A stretch of DNA of 62,667 nt, counting the filler, from Sphacelaria rigidula (taxonomy: Eukaryota): assembly GCA_964200075.2 (NCBI GenBank). It is 11 parts of 11 records of this genome, joined end to end, with 100 filler letters (N's around TTAATTAATTAA, not from the genome) between each part and the next. Parts side by side here need not be neighbours in the genome. Positions count along the whole stretch, not along the records: positions 57,063 to 62,667 come from CAXNAA020025931.1; 10 more parts are not named here. The stretch is one strand, 5' to 3'. Position numbers and translations under genes: made by a program. The notes under the pieces are model-generated. The model was not told where the DNA came from and ran no database searches. It worked only from the letters and a program-made list of their open reading frames with translations. The number at the start of each line of letters is the position of its first letter. The first letter of the stretch is position 1. This document shows, in pieces, positions 61,436-62,667 of the stretch.

Positions 61436-62667
61436 TGGTCTGTTCGTTCCTCTTCTATTTGCGCCCATCCTTTGTCTGATTATTTGCAAGTTGTCGAATT
61501 ATTTAATTATTTTCTTCTTCAAGGTGTCTCCTCCTTATCAAAAACAAAATCCTGAAAAGCATCCCAAACCTTCCCCGTGACAGAAAAACACACGGCAACA
61601 ACAACCGACACAACAAAGGAAAAATATCCCATGCATTGTACTATGCGTTTTGTTCATCACTCAACGCACAATACATTCTTGCCCCTGTCCAAAACCCCCC
61701 AAAACAGCCGAAAGCCTCTCACAACAAACCCAATCCAATTCCAACCATTCTACTGTATACAGTATCTGTATTGCAACTGGTACGGGCAAACGTACCTGTG
61801 AACGGCTCTAACGTGCGTTTGACCCGGTTCTAGTTACAATACTGCACTGTGTAAATAATTTCGACCTCATTTCATTCAGTTCGTTCCCCCCAAACAAAAA
61901 CGCCGTTCCTGTTTTATACATAGGGCTATGAACTGGACCAGTTTGTAGTGGTGAGAGGATTTCGTGCTTAGAGGACCGCGCCGTAGTCCAAAACACCCCA
62001 GGACCGACGTTTTTCGAAACGAATCGGGCCAGTCCCTGCAGGGGCGACGCCCGTAACCCTAACCCCAACACCAACACTAAACCTTGTCTGGTTCGGGGGC
62101 TCCTAAGGATTCGAGATGCACAAGAATATGGGTCAGGATCCCGTCTGCATATTCAGTCGGGTTATCCCCAGCACATTGGAATAGTAATCCTGGCGTACTC
62201 TCACATATTTTCATAGGTCGTGTTTGGATGAGGTCGAGGACTTCTAACAATTATAACCTCTGACCATGTATGTGCACCCCTACCGTAGCATCACTCTCTT
62301 GCGGGATACTGGAAAATGGAAAAAATAATGGAATATTGAAATATTTGCTTATTCACACATCGAATGTACTTATCCTGAGGGCCTGCCGGGACCAAATTAT
62401 CAGGTACGTAGCCCCCCTCTCCCCCTCCCGAAGGGCATTTCACGGAAAGCTGTCATGTTTTTGTTGTTTTTGTTGTTGTATATTGTTGGAGAAATCGATT
62501 AAGAAACACTGGCAAAGAACGAAATTTGTGGTGGTTTTGCCCGCTCTTAAAAACATCCTGTTTTGAAGCATGTACAGCGTTCTTGCTTGTAACAGGGCTG
62601 CCAGAAAAATGAGAACGTATTTTGAAATGAGAACCAACCACTCCCCGGGATTGTGTCCATTTTTCGG

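Noticed and set aside
62052..62085. Telomere (TAACCCTAACCC)
   Set aside because: There are only two degenerate units, internal to the contig.

Overview
Eukaryotic, intron-rich, transposon-dense DNA, most consistent with a brown alga (Phaeophyceae). This is an inference from gene content, splice signals, CpG-rich repeats and a TTAGGG-like remnant. The window is not one locus. It is 11 unrelated contigs of about 5.6 kb joined by artificial 100-nt spacers (N44-TTAATTAATTAA-N44). Contig 1 is a higher-order satellite of 160-164 bp monomers. Partial spliced genes reconstructed by eye are: an EF-hand protein, a UBR4/BIG-type E3 ligase, a secreted SMP-30/gluconolactonase-like beta-propeller resembling bacterial proteins, pyridoxamine 5'-phosphate oxidase, a cis-prenyltransferase with a large low-complexity insertion, and a Ser/Thr-rich probable GPI-anchored protein. 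Mobile DNA includes a decayed Copia, two LINE remnants, a CAC...GTG (CACTA/CMC-like) family, several MITEs and tRNA-derived SINEs. The most interesting observation is a family of short retroposon-like elements (9 copies, 2 subfamilies). They end in poly(C) rather than poly(A) and share a 3' hairpin. Three copies have 10-16 bp target-site duplications that begin with CCC, suggesting a C/G version of target-primed retrotransposition. Most ORFs in the supplied track are spurious.
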